NCBI GenBank assembly: GCA_013239625.1
Contig: MU053933.1
Location: forward strand, 746,001 to 810,000
Source: Lama guanicoe
Taxonomy: Eukaryota
Length of the DNA stretch: 64,000 nucleotides
Direction of reading: 5' to 3'
Under the pieces are notes generated by a model. It saw only the letters and a program-made list of their open reading frames with translations, was not told the origin of the DNA and ran no database searches. Made by a program: the position numbers and the translations under genes. The first letter of the stretch is position 1, and each line of letters opens with the position of its first letter. This document shows, piece by piece, positions 10,960-22,517 of the stretch.

Positions 10960-11380
10960 TGCCACCTGCACCGCGGCCGAGCGGGGGTGCGCGGCCGCCC
11001 GCCTCCGGGAAGAGGAAGCCGCCGCGCGGGGGGCGGCGGCCCGAGTGTCGGCCGGTGGGGGCGGGAGCCCCCGGGTTGTGCGCGCTGACAGCGGCCTGGA
11101 GGGGGGGCACGCGAGCCCAGTAGACCCGTCCGCCCTGAATGCTGCCGTCCCGCCAAAAGGAGCTCAAGGCCGCAGAGGAAGCAGCAGGCGAAGGGAAGGC
11201 ACCGCTTGCAGCCAGTTTCGGAAACGCGTTGCCAACGTCCAACCACCGCAGGCGCGGAGGGCGGGCCGGGCGGCTGCGGGGTGACAGGCAGGTGGCCTGA
11301 GCCCCAGGGCCGCTGAGCCTCGGGAGCAACGATGCCCCTCCCAGGGCGGGACCTTGCTGGGGTCTCCGGAGGGACGCCTG
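10960..11380. promoter_or_regulatory. Intronic CpG island with GC boxes
   Basis: Very GC- and CpG-dense stretch with GGGGCGG boxes near 11030 and 11057 and GGAAG motifs. Confidence 0.7.
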
Positions 11381-11559
11381 GACTGCCGTCAGCTTTGTGG
11401 GAATCTGGGACTTGGGGCCCCTCTGCGAGAAAGGCAGACATTAACAGATGGGCTGAGTGAGTAGAAACACCACGTTCATGATGGAGAATATCAATCCTCT
11501 CACTCATTTCCAGGTTTCGTGACATTCGAGGGACAGTCCCAAGGGGATCATTTGTTGGG

Positions 11560-12090
11560 CCTTCACTGAATGATTGAAAAGTGTATCTGGGAGAGTAAAC
11601 AGGAGAGGAGAGTTGAGAACACTTTGAACAGTAAAGGTGAGGAGAGGAGAGACCTACCCTGCCAGATAGTAAAAACATGCCGTCCGCATGTGATATGGTA
11701 CCGCCTGGAAGGAAAGGGAAAAGGCAGCTCCGGGGAACAGGTGGATGGCAGGGGGAGAGACCCGGCGTACTGGGAGGTTGTGTCTGCTGGGCGCCTCAGA
11801 GACAGGAGCGTAAATGGGTTCACAGTAAATGGTGCCCTACGTGACCTCACAGCATGCACTGAAGTCAGCTCCTGACAGAGAAGAGAACTCGAGAGAGAAA
11901 GAAAATCATTTCAAAATAGAAGGCAGTTTAAATGACAGTATGTCTGAATTCTGGACTGGGGAGAGCTTTGAAAGCAGAGAAGCATGTGGGCACATCTTAG
12001 AGTGAAACTTAACAGACCTGTCATTAATAAGGATTAAATGCTTAAAATTTAAGGCTTCTGTAGGTTAAAAATCATAAATATATTACAACT
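11560..12090 (+). mobile_element. Highly decayed ancient L1 ORF2 fragment
   Basis: AACACTTTGAA...CTACCCTGCCAGATAGTAAAAACA and AGTAAATGGTGC resemble L1 ORF2 3' motifs. Confidence 0.45.
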
Positions 12091-12105
12091 TATGAGCAAG
12101 ATGGA

Positions 12106-12863
12106 GAAAAGGGAACCCTCCTACACTGTTGGTGGGAATGTAGTTTGGTGCAGCCACTATGGTAAACAGTACGGAGATTCCTCAAAAAACTAAAAACAGA
12201 CTTATCATATGATCCAGCAATCCCACTCCTGGGCATATGTCTGGAGGGAACTCCAGTTTGAAAAGATACGTGCCCCTCAATGTTCACAGCAGCACTATTG
12301 ACAACAGCCAAGACATGGAAACAACTGAAATGTCCATCACCAGATGACTGGGTAAAGAAGCTGCAGTTTATTTATACAATGGAATACTACTCAGCCATAA
12401 GGAAGAATAAAATAATGCCATTTGCAGAAACATGGATGGACCTGGAGATCATCATTCTAAGTGAAGTCAGCCAGAAAAAGAAAGAAAAATACCATATGAT
12501 ATCTCTCATTTGTGAATCTAAAAAAAAGAAAAAAGAAGACACTAATGAACTCATCTACAAAACAGAAACAGACTCACAGACATAGACAATCTTATGGTTA
12601 CTGGGGGAAAGGGGGTGAGAAGGAATAAATTTGGGAGTTTGAGATTTGTAAAGGTTCACCACTATATATACAAATAGATAAAAACAAGTTTCTTCTGTAC
12701 AGCACAGGGAACTATATTCAATATCTTGTAATAACCTTTAATGAAAACAAATACATGTATGTATATGTGTGACTGAGACATTGTGCTGTGCACCAGAGAC
12801 CGACACATTGTAACCGACAATAATTCAATTTAAAAAAATAATAATAATAATAAATAAAATAAA
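12106..12863 (+). mobile_element. 5'-truncated young L1 (ORF2 C-terminus, 3'UTR, A-rich tail)
   Basis: ORF 12280-12585 [20 protein letters not shown]...MEYYSAI...LSEVSQ. Perfect 12-bp TSD GAGCAAGATGGA at 12094-12105 and 12864-12875. Confidence 0.95.
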
Positions 12864-13960
12864 GAGCAAGATGGAAACAAGGCTTTTCAGAAAATAGTAA
12901 TTAAGGTGAAGTTCCCTTACCAGTGACTCAGGTGAGCAGATTACCTGCCTCCTCTTCCACTAGCATCAAAGGCCCAGGCATCCCTGGACGCTCTGCTGGC
13001 CGGTTGCTTTGTGTCTGACCCGCTGCCGTCTACACTCCAGGCACCGTGACAGGTGGGCGTCAGGAGAGCGCCCACCAGCTCTTGCCACCTGCGGCCTCTG
13101 GGCCCACCTGCCCGTTTCCCGCCCATTAGACTATGATGCTCGGTCCAAACTCCTGGCCAACTTACCAAATCCCATCCCTCCTGGGCTTCTGGTGCCCACT
13201 CCCCCAGAGCACTGTGCCAGCATCATCTGCCGTCCCAAGACCTTCCCCAAGGGTGGCCACCCGCAAACAAACATGCTGTCATCCTCAAAGCAAAACCAAG
13301 CACAAGCTCTCTTTCCCATCTCCCTCTCCAGCTCCTGCCCGTCACTCTGCTCTGATTGTATGTTTTTATTTTAATCAGCCTGGTTTGAACCCAGCCCGCA
13401 TGCTACATACAGCAGGCTGCCCGCACTGTCAGGACAGCTGCAGTGGCGCTCCTTTGCAACCACCAGCACGGGTGTTCGGATCCCGCAGGAAAGGGAACCA
13501 GAAGTGGTTGTGGATTGTTTCTGGATCGAGTTGATGAAGATGACCTTTCCCTTTATAACATGGGTCTTCCCTGGGGCGCCCAGTCATTTCTTGCCCTCGG
13601 AGGATTTCCGTGACCACGGGCTCCTTCCTCACTCACGCTCCTCCTCCGGCCCCTCCCTCATCCCTCCCCTCGGCGTCCCCCACTCACTTTGTAGAGTTCT
13701 CACGGCGCTGGTGTGCTGTGACCTTTGCCCTCAGCCATCCCCAGAGCTCCTGAACACCTGCCCACCCCAGGGGCACCTTTCCTGATCCACCGGACAAGGA
13801 GAAATTTCTCTCGGCTGCGCCCACCCGCCCACTAGTCTGGGCCTTTCCGGGGCGTTCCCACGGTGCAGAACGTGCCTGCTCTGCTCGCCTGTCCCCGTCT
13901 CCCAGCCACAGCCATCTTCACGCCTTTGGCTGTTTCAGAAGATGGGCCTGAAGAGGGTGA

Positions 13961-14316
13961 TGTGCTGGTTTGCTCCGGGTCCCTAACAAGACACCACAGG
14001 CAGGCGGCTTAAGTGACAGAGCTCATTCTTTCACAGTCCTGGGGCTGGACATCCAAGATGGGGCTGCTTCCCCTGAGGCCTCTCCTTGGCGCGCGGATGC
14101 CGCTCCTCCGAGTCCTCACACGGTCGTGCCTCTGTGCGAGTCGGTGTCCTGACCGCCCTTCTCATAAGGACACCAGCCAGATTGAATCAGCACCCACCCT
14201 AGCGGCCTCTTTTTACTTGAATCAGCTCTTTAAAGGCCCCACCTCCACGCAGGGGCACCTTTGGAGGTCCTGGGGGTCAGGACTGTAAACTTCAAGGGCA
14301 CGCAGTTCAGCCCATA
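13961..14316 (-). mobile_element. MLT1A/B-like solo LTR
   Basis: TAACAAGACACCACAGGCAGGCGGCTTAAG...CATAAGGACACCAGCCAGATTG...CAGTTCAGCCCATAG. Confidence 0.8.
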
Positions 14317-14426
14317 GCGGGGTGTGATGCCCTAACCCGCCCACCGCTTCCTGTACCCTCGCAAGCACGTGCTGACCGGGGCTTCCCCGTGTCTGCCCCA
14401 CACGGCATCCCCTTCTCCTCCCGCAG

Positions 14427-14553
14427 GACGTACACCTTCAGTCTGGCCGCGGACCTGAGCTCCAGAAAGGACGGCGAAGCCAGCGGCAGACGAAATGGGG
14501 AGCCTCACCCTCCGCCCACGTCCTGGAGCGTCTGCAGCCTGCAGTCCCTACAG
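14427..14553 (+). CDS. UBASH3A: UBASH3A coding exon, SH3-PGM linker
   Basis: CAG| and |GTGAC sites, 127 nt. TYTFSLAADLSSRKDGEASGRRNGEPHPPPTSWSVCSLQSLQ; phases fit both neighbours. Confidence 0.93.
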
Positions 14554-14751
14554 GTGACCAGGCCCCTTGATGTCAAAGTGAGCTGCGTACAACTGTGCTC
14601 GGTGTCAACTCCAGGTGTACACAGACCCTCGGGTGTGGCTTCTGTATGGAGACCCTGCCACCCTGAGCTCAGACCCAGGTGGGTCAGCAGGGGACCCATC
14701 TGTCTGCCTCCGGGTTGCTCTGTCCTGTCCACCCTGGGCAGACAGAGACCC

Positions 14752-14753
<2 letters not shown>

Positions 14754-14805
<52 letters not shown>

Positions 14806-14809
14806 ACAC
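14754..14809. repeat. (CA)n microsatellite
   Basis: Near-perfect CA run. Confidence 0.95.
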
Positions 14810-15414
14810 TGTCTGCAAGAACGTGCAGTTCATGTCTGTAGCTTGGCCGGTCATAGTGCCAGGACCAGGGTCAGGAATGGGGCAGGACACGGCCCTCCAG
14901 GAATCCCCTCCTCCACCCTAATTCTCTCATCAGCCAGCTGGTTCCCACCAAGAACCCATCGGCCTCCCAGTGGCTGCCTCCAGGCCAGACAAGACTGAGC
15001 CCAGGGCAGAGGACACTGGGATGCTGGGAGGACAACGGGGTGACCTCTTTAGCCAGGTCCTCGGTGGGGGAGGACGGCCCAGACAGAGGGGCTACTGACT
15101 GTGAGCCAGGGTCCTGCCAGCCACAGACAGATGAAGATGGGGCCGCCCCAGACTCGCTGCGGTGGGGAGACCAGGCACAGACTCAGGTGGGGGCTCCCCG
15201 AGGCTGCACCCCACTTCCCAGGCTGAAGGGGGGGAGAAGCTGGATTGGGAGGCTCAGCCCCAAGCCGGCCTCTGAATGCGCTGGCACCTCACACGGGGGA
15301 GAGCTGGCCCCGTCGCCATGACCAGAGCCCCCCCACCCCGGGCTCGAGCTCGCCCCTTCCAGGCGGCAGGAAAAGAGGGCTGTGGCCGTGGGCTAGCTGA
15401 GGCAGACGCGCAGC

Positions 15415-15863
15415 GTGCTGAGTCGTGGCCCCAAAGACGTGGGGTCCTGACGCCTGCCACCTGCGAATGTCATGAGAAGAGTCTTTGCCTTTGGGGCCGA
15501 GATAAGGATCTCCACGGGGAGATGGTCCTGGATTAGCCTGCGGGCCTGAAATCTAATCACCACCATCCTCAACCAGGAAACGAGGGGAGGTGAAGCCCAC
15601 AGACAAGGAGACACAGGCATGCAGGGAGCGGCCCTGTGACCACAGGACAGAGACTGGACCGTCCGCCACACGCTGAGGATGCCAGGGCCACCGGCAGCTG
15701 GAAGAGGCAGGAAGGGGCCTCTCCTAGAGCCTCTGAGGGGACCTGGCCCTGCGACACCTTGATTCTGGACTTCCAGCCTTCGGAACTGGAAAAGAATAAG
15801 TTTCTTTTGTTTCCAGCCCCCAGTGGGTGCTTCGTTACCGCCGTCCTGGGAAAGGCGTCCACA
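15415..15863 (+). mobile_element. MLT1D-like solo LTR
   Basis: TGGCCCCAAAGACGT...CTGGAAGAGGCAGGAAGGGGCCTCTCCTAGAGCCTCTGAGGG...ACACCTTGATTCTGGACTTCCAGCCT. Confidence 0.8.
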
Positions 15864-16719
15864 CCTTCGGTCTGCCATCCTGGAGACCCTGGAGATGAGT
15901 CCATCCCAGTCCCCATGGGCCTTTCCCTTGATTATAACACTCCGATTGCAAACCTCTGTGCTTCGAAGTTCAGATGCTCTGGCTCTTCCAGGGAAGGAAA
16001 TGCCTCAAACCCAAAACCTCAGCCCAAGGCAGCGGCGGCACTTTGAGACAGTCAGTGAGCAGACCAGCGCTGGGGCCCGTGTGTGCCCCGCAACCCACTC
16101 GGGGATCAGCCCCAGCAGGGAATGGGATGGACAGGGTGCCCTGGCATCAGTATCGGCAATTCCGCGTGGACACACTTGAGCTGTAAGATGAAAGACAGCC
16201 TTGCCCTTGGAACTGCCCTGGGCGTTGGCATCCAGAGCCAAACATCCTTTGCTCCTCCTCAAAGTCACCCCACATCACAACCTGGAGGTGACCCTTGGGT
16301 TAACTCACCAAAGCACTGACCTCCCTAAGAACAGAGGTGGTCGTGCTCCCTGCAGTTGTGAGTCTCAAAGGCCATCGAGCCCCTGCCCAGCGCAGAGGAG
16401 GGCTGCCCCAGACCGATCTGCTGCTCCCCTGGCCACACGCTGCTGACCTCCGTCAGGGCCTTTCTCCTGCCAAAGGAAGGTACACAGGGTGAAACAAAAT
16501 GCCATTTCCCCCAGCACCCAGCCAAACAGAAAACCGCCAGCTGTGGGAAGGAAGAACGGCCAGCAAGAAAGAAGCAAGAGGATAGATGCAGGGCTCCACC
16601 CCCCAGCACTCAGAGCTGAGCACATGCCCTGGCACCAGGCAGGGAGCCACCTTTAACACACCAAACCAGGCTGGTCCTGGAGGGCCCCTCGGAGGACGAG
16701 TCCCAGCAACAGAGATTAG

Positions 16720-17009
16720 GATGGATGGATGGATGGAAGGAAGAAAGGAAGGGACGGAGGGAGGAAGGAAGGAAGGAAAAGAGAAAGAAAGAAAAAAAGA
16801 AAGAAAGGAAGGAAGGAAGGAAGGAAGGAAGGAAGGGAGGGAGGAAAGGAAGGAAGGAAGAAAGGAAGAAAGGAAGAAAAAGAAAGAAAGGGAGAAAGAA
16901 AGAAGGAAGGAAGGAAGGAAAGAAAGAAGGAAGGAAGGAAGAAAGGAAGAAAGGAAGAAGAAGAAAGAAAGGAAGGAAAGAAAGAAGGAAAGAAAGAAAG
17001 AAAAGAAAG
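16720..17009. repeat. (GGAT)n followed by a (GAAG/GAAA)n polypurine tract
   Basis: About 270 nt almost entirely A/G; source of several spurious K/E/R/G ORFs. Confidence 0.95.
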
Positions 17010-17269
17010 ACATATGTACAGAAGGTTCGACTGACCGTTTTTCAGCGTTCCTATGGTGCAAAGGCAACATGCATTCGGTGGAATTTTGAATACTTGCATT
17101 TTGAGTGTGGCTCTTCCCCTGGACTAACGATACGCAGCGCGATCCTCCCTCGTGCCGCGGGGCAGAGGCAGCCCCGCTTGCCGTCAGCCGCGCAATCACG
17201 AGGGCGAGCCACCAACGCACTGACAGCCATGCCGGACTGAGCCCCCTATTCTGTTTCTCGCTTTCCGTT

Positions 17270-17503
17270 GGGAATTCAATCAATTACACACGACTTTCAA
17301 CGCTTTGTTATAAACAGGCTTTGTGTTGGGTGATTTTGCCCAACCTCAGGCTAATGAAAGTGTTCTGAGCACGGTTAAGTTCAGGTTGACTGAGCTATGA
17401 TGTTTGGTAGGGTGGGTGTATTAAATGCATGTTTGACTTAAGAGATTTTTAATTTACGATGGGTTTATGGAGGCGTAACCCCACCATGAGTCAAGGAAGA
17501 TCT
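17270..17503 (-). mobile_element. MER47A-like (TcMar-Tigger) DNA transposon fragment
   Basis: GGCTTTGTGTTGGGTGATTTTGCCCAAC...GTATTAAATGCAT...TTACGATGGGTTTAT...GTAACCCCA. Confidence 0.8.
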
Positions 17504-17675
17504 ATATATTTATGTATGTATATGTATACACACACGCACGTTGATTACACACGTCTATCATACAAGGTGCATTACATAATCTATAATACTGTACATCACT
17601 ATAACGTCATGTGTACACATACTGTTGCTTTTAGACAGGTACTGATGATGCCCTAAGAAGTCACCGTGGAGGGAT

Positions 17676-17971
17676 GCTGTGGGCTGAGTGTTTGTGCCCC
17701 CCCCCAATTCACATGGTGAAATCCTGTTGATTCATGTGATACATGAGGAGGTGGGGGCTTTTGGAAGGTGGTTGGGTCATGAGGGTGGAGCCCTCATGAC
17801 TCGGATTAGTGACTTGATGAGAAAGACACCAAGAGCCCCTCACCCAGCTGCACTGCACGCTGACCCTGGGCACCCTGGGACTCCCAGACCCCAGAACTGT
17901 GAGACGTAAATCCCTGTTGCTCCTAAGCCAGCCAGGGCACATCATTAGAGCAGCCTGAAGGGACCGAGACA
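17676..17971 (+). mobile_element. MLT1A0/MST-like solo LTR
   Basis: TGCTGTGGGCTGAGTGTTTGTGCCCC...GGTCATGAGGGTGGAGCCCTCATGA...CCAGAACTGTGAG. Confidence 0.8.
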
Positions 17972-18280
17972 AGGGGTGAGGGCTTGGAGGACAGGAGAGT
18001 AGACACTGGATGGGCTGTGGGGTGGGTCGTTAAACCGTCTTTCCATTTCCTGTGTACACGATAATGCCCATAAATTAAAAGTCGCCAGAAATTGAAGCGC
18101 TCTCCACCTGCAATTCCTCGTCCCCTTCACCGTCGTGGCTCTGGTGACACGGGCGGGAGCTGCTGCACAAGGAGGGAGGCAGGTGGCGCCCAGTCCAGCC
18201 CTGGGATGAGGGGAGATGTGTGGGGCAAGTCTCACCATGTGGGTGTTAAAGCGCACGTGCCCTTCTCTCCGCCGCTCCAG

Positions 18281-18380
18281 GCCACGGCAGCGAGGAAGAG
18301 CATTTTGGTGGTGCGCCACGGTGAGAGACTGGACCAAATCTTCGGGAAGTCGTGGCTGCAGCAGTGTTCCACTCTGGACG
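18281..18380 (+). CDS. UBASH3A: UBASH3A coding exon, PGM domain start with RHGE catalytic motif
   Basis: CAG| and |GTAGG sites, 100 nt. ATAARKSILVVRHGERLDQIFGKSWLQQCSTLD. Confidence 0.97.
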
Positions 18381-20938
18381 GTAGGTGGAGTTCTGGCAGG
18401 ACCCAGACACAGAAATTAGACAAACTTAACAGATGAGATTGCGTCTCAGTGTTCCTAGCTAGAGCCCCCGGGGCACCGTTCTTCAGAGTGGCCGCGCATG
18501 GACCGTCGGTGCGCCCCGCCTTGCCCCTGGCACCACACATACGCATTCGAGTGTGGATGCAGTCTGTAAGTATCTTAATGCTTTGCAGGAGATGGAGGAA
18601 TGGTTTCAAGATTAAGCAGGTCTGCTGGTGTGACGCACGGGCAGCCTTGTGTGTCCGGGCGGCTGGCAGGTGGATGCGGCGTTGACCTGAGAGCGGGTCG
18701 CTCTGACCTACAGCCTCGGACCCCTCAGCTGCTGGCACGCACCCTATCCTGCAGTCTCACAGCTGCAGCTCTCTGAGCTCGCCTTCCCTGCGGGGGTCAC
18801 TGCCCTACCATGTGTGGCCATGTTGCTCAACAGAAGGGCATTTTTTTTAACGTGTCTGGTGTTTATACCAACTTCACCCCCCAGGATGCCAAGAGCTAAG
18901 AACAGGGCTTGTAAAAACAAAATACCCACAAGCAGTATCTGTACTGACCCACGACTGTATCAACGCACATCCCCTGGTGGAAAGTCCGCAGCGCCACAGT
19001 TTCTAAGCCACGGATAGTTACGTAAATGAAAGTATCTGATGAACATAGGGATGAAGTCTATTCACACTGGCTGGACCTGCTGAGCCCTTTGGGGGAGCCC
19101 TCCAGGAGCCCAGCAGGCCAAGAAGGGGGATGAATCAGGGGAGGCATCAGCAGATAGACGACCAGCGCACACAAGAAGTTCTGAGCAGGTTAGATCACGG
19201 CCACACCTCCGAGAACCCACAGACCTGAGCACAAAGCAGAATCAGGTAGAGGCACAAAGGCTCGAGGAAGACGCAGGTGGATCAGAGGATGCACTGACAT
19301 TCAAGGACTTGTAAGGAACTTTCCTGCAGTAAAACGGGTATGGAAACTGCAGTCTGAAACGGCACAGCCGTCAGTGGTGGCGGTGGTGGTCTGGGAGCCA
19401 AACCAACCAACCGACATCAAGGACAGTGACTGGGCTTCATGAAAAGAGGAAAGTGTTCGGTCCTCTATACCGGAGATCGAGGCACATCTAAGGGGAAATA
19501 TTAAAAGTCACGAAAATTCCCCGGGTAAAGGGAGCCGCTGGCGGTGTCTCGCCAGGCGGGGAAGCCCCGATGGAGTGGATGCTGATGGTCTAGTTGGTCT
19601 GGAGTCTCCAAGCGGCATCGTTCGGTGAATTACCAGGGGTGTTTGGGGGCACTGCTGACCCCTCCTCGGATTCTAGAGTCCCTCCTCACTTCTGCTCACG
19701 TCTGGCCCAAGCGCCCACACCCTCTTATGGCCTCTCACTCCCCGGCGGGGCTCGCCCCACGCGGCCCTGCTCACTCGAACCCTCTCCCTGCGGGATCTGA
19801 CCTTCCCCTAGGTGCCCTCTGCTTCTGAGCTCTGCTCTCTGCCTCACACGGAAACCACAGATAAAGAGTCGATGAGGGCAAACATTTGGGAATCACAGAT
19901 GCCTTTGGGAATATGATACAAGTGGTGGCCCTTCTCCTTAAATGAAGAACAGATTCCACCGCTCCCTGTGGACACAGCTAACGCTTTGGCACTTCATTTA
20001 CGCTTACGGTTCAAAGTCTCTGCCAATGGAAATTCCAGGGAGTCAGCTTCCAGAAAAATCTTGCATGGAACCTAAAAACCAAGACTTGCAGGGTGGCCTC
20101 TGATGGGAGGACCGGCCGCTGGGGGGCCACGAGGAGCGCTGGCGCCGCGTAGTGTCCTCCGCAGGGACAACCGATGGTCTGAGGGTGAGAGCAGACCTAC
20201 CTCTCGTTGACCGCTTACTCTGAGCTGGGCTCAGGGCTCTGGGCATTAACCCACCGACTCGCTCAGACACATCTATCATTTCCCCCTTTTGACTGATAAG
20301 AGAGACTAAGTCAGTCGCCTCTAGTCCCACAACTAGTAATGGATGATACCAGGATTTGCACCAGACCATCGGATCTCAGAGCTCAAGGTCAAACTCAAAG
20401 TGACCCAGGGTGCTCTGAGCCTCTGAATGGGTGAACTGGGGGAGTCCCAGGGAAGCCCCGTGATTCGCAGTCCTGCTTCCAGCAACTGGCTGAATGAGGC
20501 AAGGAGCAGGACCCTCTCTGGCTGTCTGAGTTCCATCCCGGAGGCAGCGTGACCCCTTAAAGCGACAGGGATGGGTCGAATGTCACCTAATTAATTAATG
20601 CCAATTTGAGATTCTTACCAAGTTAAGCTCTATCAGTCATGGGCACACCTGGTTCTTAATCAGGATCTCCGGGAGGGGTCATGAGAGGACAGGGGTTTTG
20701 TGGTTCCTGTGGCCAAAACACATTGTCTCTGTTTGAGGAAATGTGTGCGTAGCAGGTCAGATTTTCTCCTGAAACCGAATCCACATCACAGAACTTTTAG
20801 AGGAGAAAACAAAAATCAAACAAACAAAAAGTAATGTTGACAACGATGAAATCACTGCCCTGTTTCTAGCGGGGGGCGTGCTCCTGAGAGCTTGGTGGGA
20901 CACATCGGCGCTAACTCGGTAGCTTATTTACGCCTTAG

Positions 20939-21061
20939 GGAGATATTACCGGCCAGACCTCAACTTCCCTCGCAGTCTGCCCAGGCGGAGCTGTGGAATC
21001 AAAGACTTTGAAAACGACCCACCATTGTCGTCTTGTGGAATTTTCCAGTCCAGAATGGCAG
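20939..21061 (+). CDS. UBASH3A: UBASH3A coding exon, PGM domain
   Basis: CTAAC branch point at 20911, TAG| and |GTATG sites, 123 nt. RYYRPDLNFPRSLPRRSCGIKDFENDPPLSSCGIFQSRMA. Confidence 0.97.
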
Positions 21062-21149
21062 GTATGTTTGGGGCTTCTTCTAGTAGCCTTGTCACAGCAA
21101 TGATGGTCACTAACGTGCACTGAGCCCTCGAGACGTGTCCTTTGAGTCA

Positions 21150-21260
21150 GAACGAGCCTTACCCTCACTCTGCTGATGTGGAAGGTGGGGCACAGAGAGG
21201 TTAAGTGAGTTGCCCAAATCACACAGCTCATAAGCGGAAGCTCAGATCTGACCCAGAAAT
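21150..21260 (-). mobile_element. MIR SINE fragment
   Basis: GGCACAGAGAGGTTAAGTGAGTTGCCCAAATCACACAGCT, the MIR core in antisense. Confidence 0.8.
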
Positions 21261-21996
21261 GGATGGCTGGGGAAGTGGGGAGAGATGAGAGGAAGGAACG
21301 AACAAGAGAGGGAAGGAAGAAAACCAACAACCCCTGTGCATTAAGGATGTCAGATAAAATACTAAAAAAAAAAAAAAAAAAAAAAAGCCAGCCTCACTTT
21401 GGTTTCACTCCAGAATCTGTCACTTGGGGCTTTTGTTTTGTCTGGGGTTCTGGCTCCACGTGACTGACCTCCTGGAACAGAGGAGGTCACTTTGTTCCAT
21501 CTGGTCTTCATTTTATGAATTAAGAAACTCAAATCTAGAATCAGGAAGACACTGGGCTTCCCGAGTCACACACTGGTTAACTGAAGGGACACCCTGGGCC
21601 CACACCGCCGGCTCCTCACCCAGGGCTGCGGTCAGTGCTCAGCTGGCAGCTGCCGGGGCAGGGCGGGGGTGCCCTGAGTTCCAGCACCTGCTGATGTCAG
21701 CGGTGTGAACGCAGTGCCCACCCCATGGCTGGTTTCAAGCTACCGATGTGCAGTCCCTGAGCTTGGAGTTGGGAGAGTGACACAGCTAGGACCTCCACGG
21801 GTAGATGTGACCCCCCCCAGGCCCGCCTGGGCCCCCTCCTGCACCGCACACCGTGGTCGATGTGCATGTGTGTGTGTGTGAGCACACCCTTCTGTAACAA
21901 ACCTCTGTGTCTCGTGCCTGAATCCTCACCCGGATGTTTGCGCAGTCCCCGTGGGGGCACATGTGAATGGGTCTACATGTGGGCAGCTGCTGGCCT

Positions 21997-22395
21997 CTGC
22001 ATTTGTTTCCTGTGCCTGCCACAACAAAGAACCACAGATGGAGAGGCTTAAGTCACAGAAACGTGTTGTCTCGCGATTCTGGAGTCTGAAAGGCCGAGAT
22101 CAATGTATCGGCAGGGACGCTCCTTCTGAGGCTGTGAGAGGAGGCTGTTCCAGGCCTCTCTCCTTGGCTTGTAGAAGACCGCCCTCTCCCTGTGTCCTCT
22201 GTGCGTGTCTGTCTCTGCGTCCCGATGTCCCCTGTTTATAAGGACACCAGTCAGATTAGATTGGAGCCACCCTAATGGCCTCGTCTTAACTTGCTCAACT
22301 CCTTAAAGACCCTACGTCCAAAGAAGGTGCACTGTGAGGCACTAGGGGTTAGGGCCCCTACATATGAATTCAGGGAGACACGCCAGCCTTCAACG
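21997..22395 (-). mobile_element. MLT1B/C-like solo LTR
   Basis: CACAACAAAGAACCACAGATGGAGAGGCTTAAG...TTATAAGGACACCAGTCAGATTAGATT. Confidence 0.8.
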
Positions 22396-22517
22396 GCACC
22401 AGGGCGGCCTTGCTGGCATTGATGCTGCGCAGATTCTGTGCTGATGGGTGCCCCTTCTTTCTCAAAGATCAGGAAACGTGGTTTACGGGCTCATCCTTCC
22501 ATGAGCCTCGGGGGTCT

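Noticed and set aside
10866..11678. 270-aa minus-strand ORF over the CpG island
   Set aside because: Pro/Arg/Gly-rich and expected from stop-codon scarcity in GC-rich DNA; also overlaps decayed L1 sequence.
16453..17283. Several long ORFs rich in K/E/R/G or F/L/S/P
   Set aside because: Translations of the GA microsatellite.
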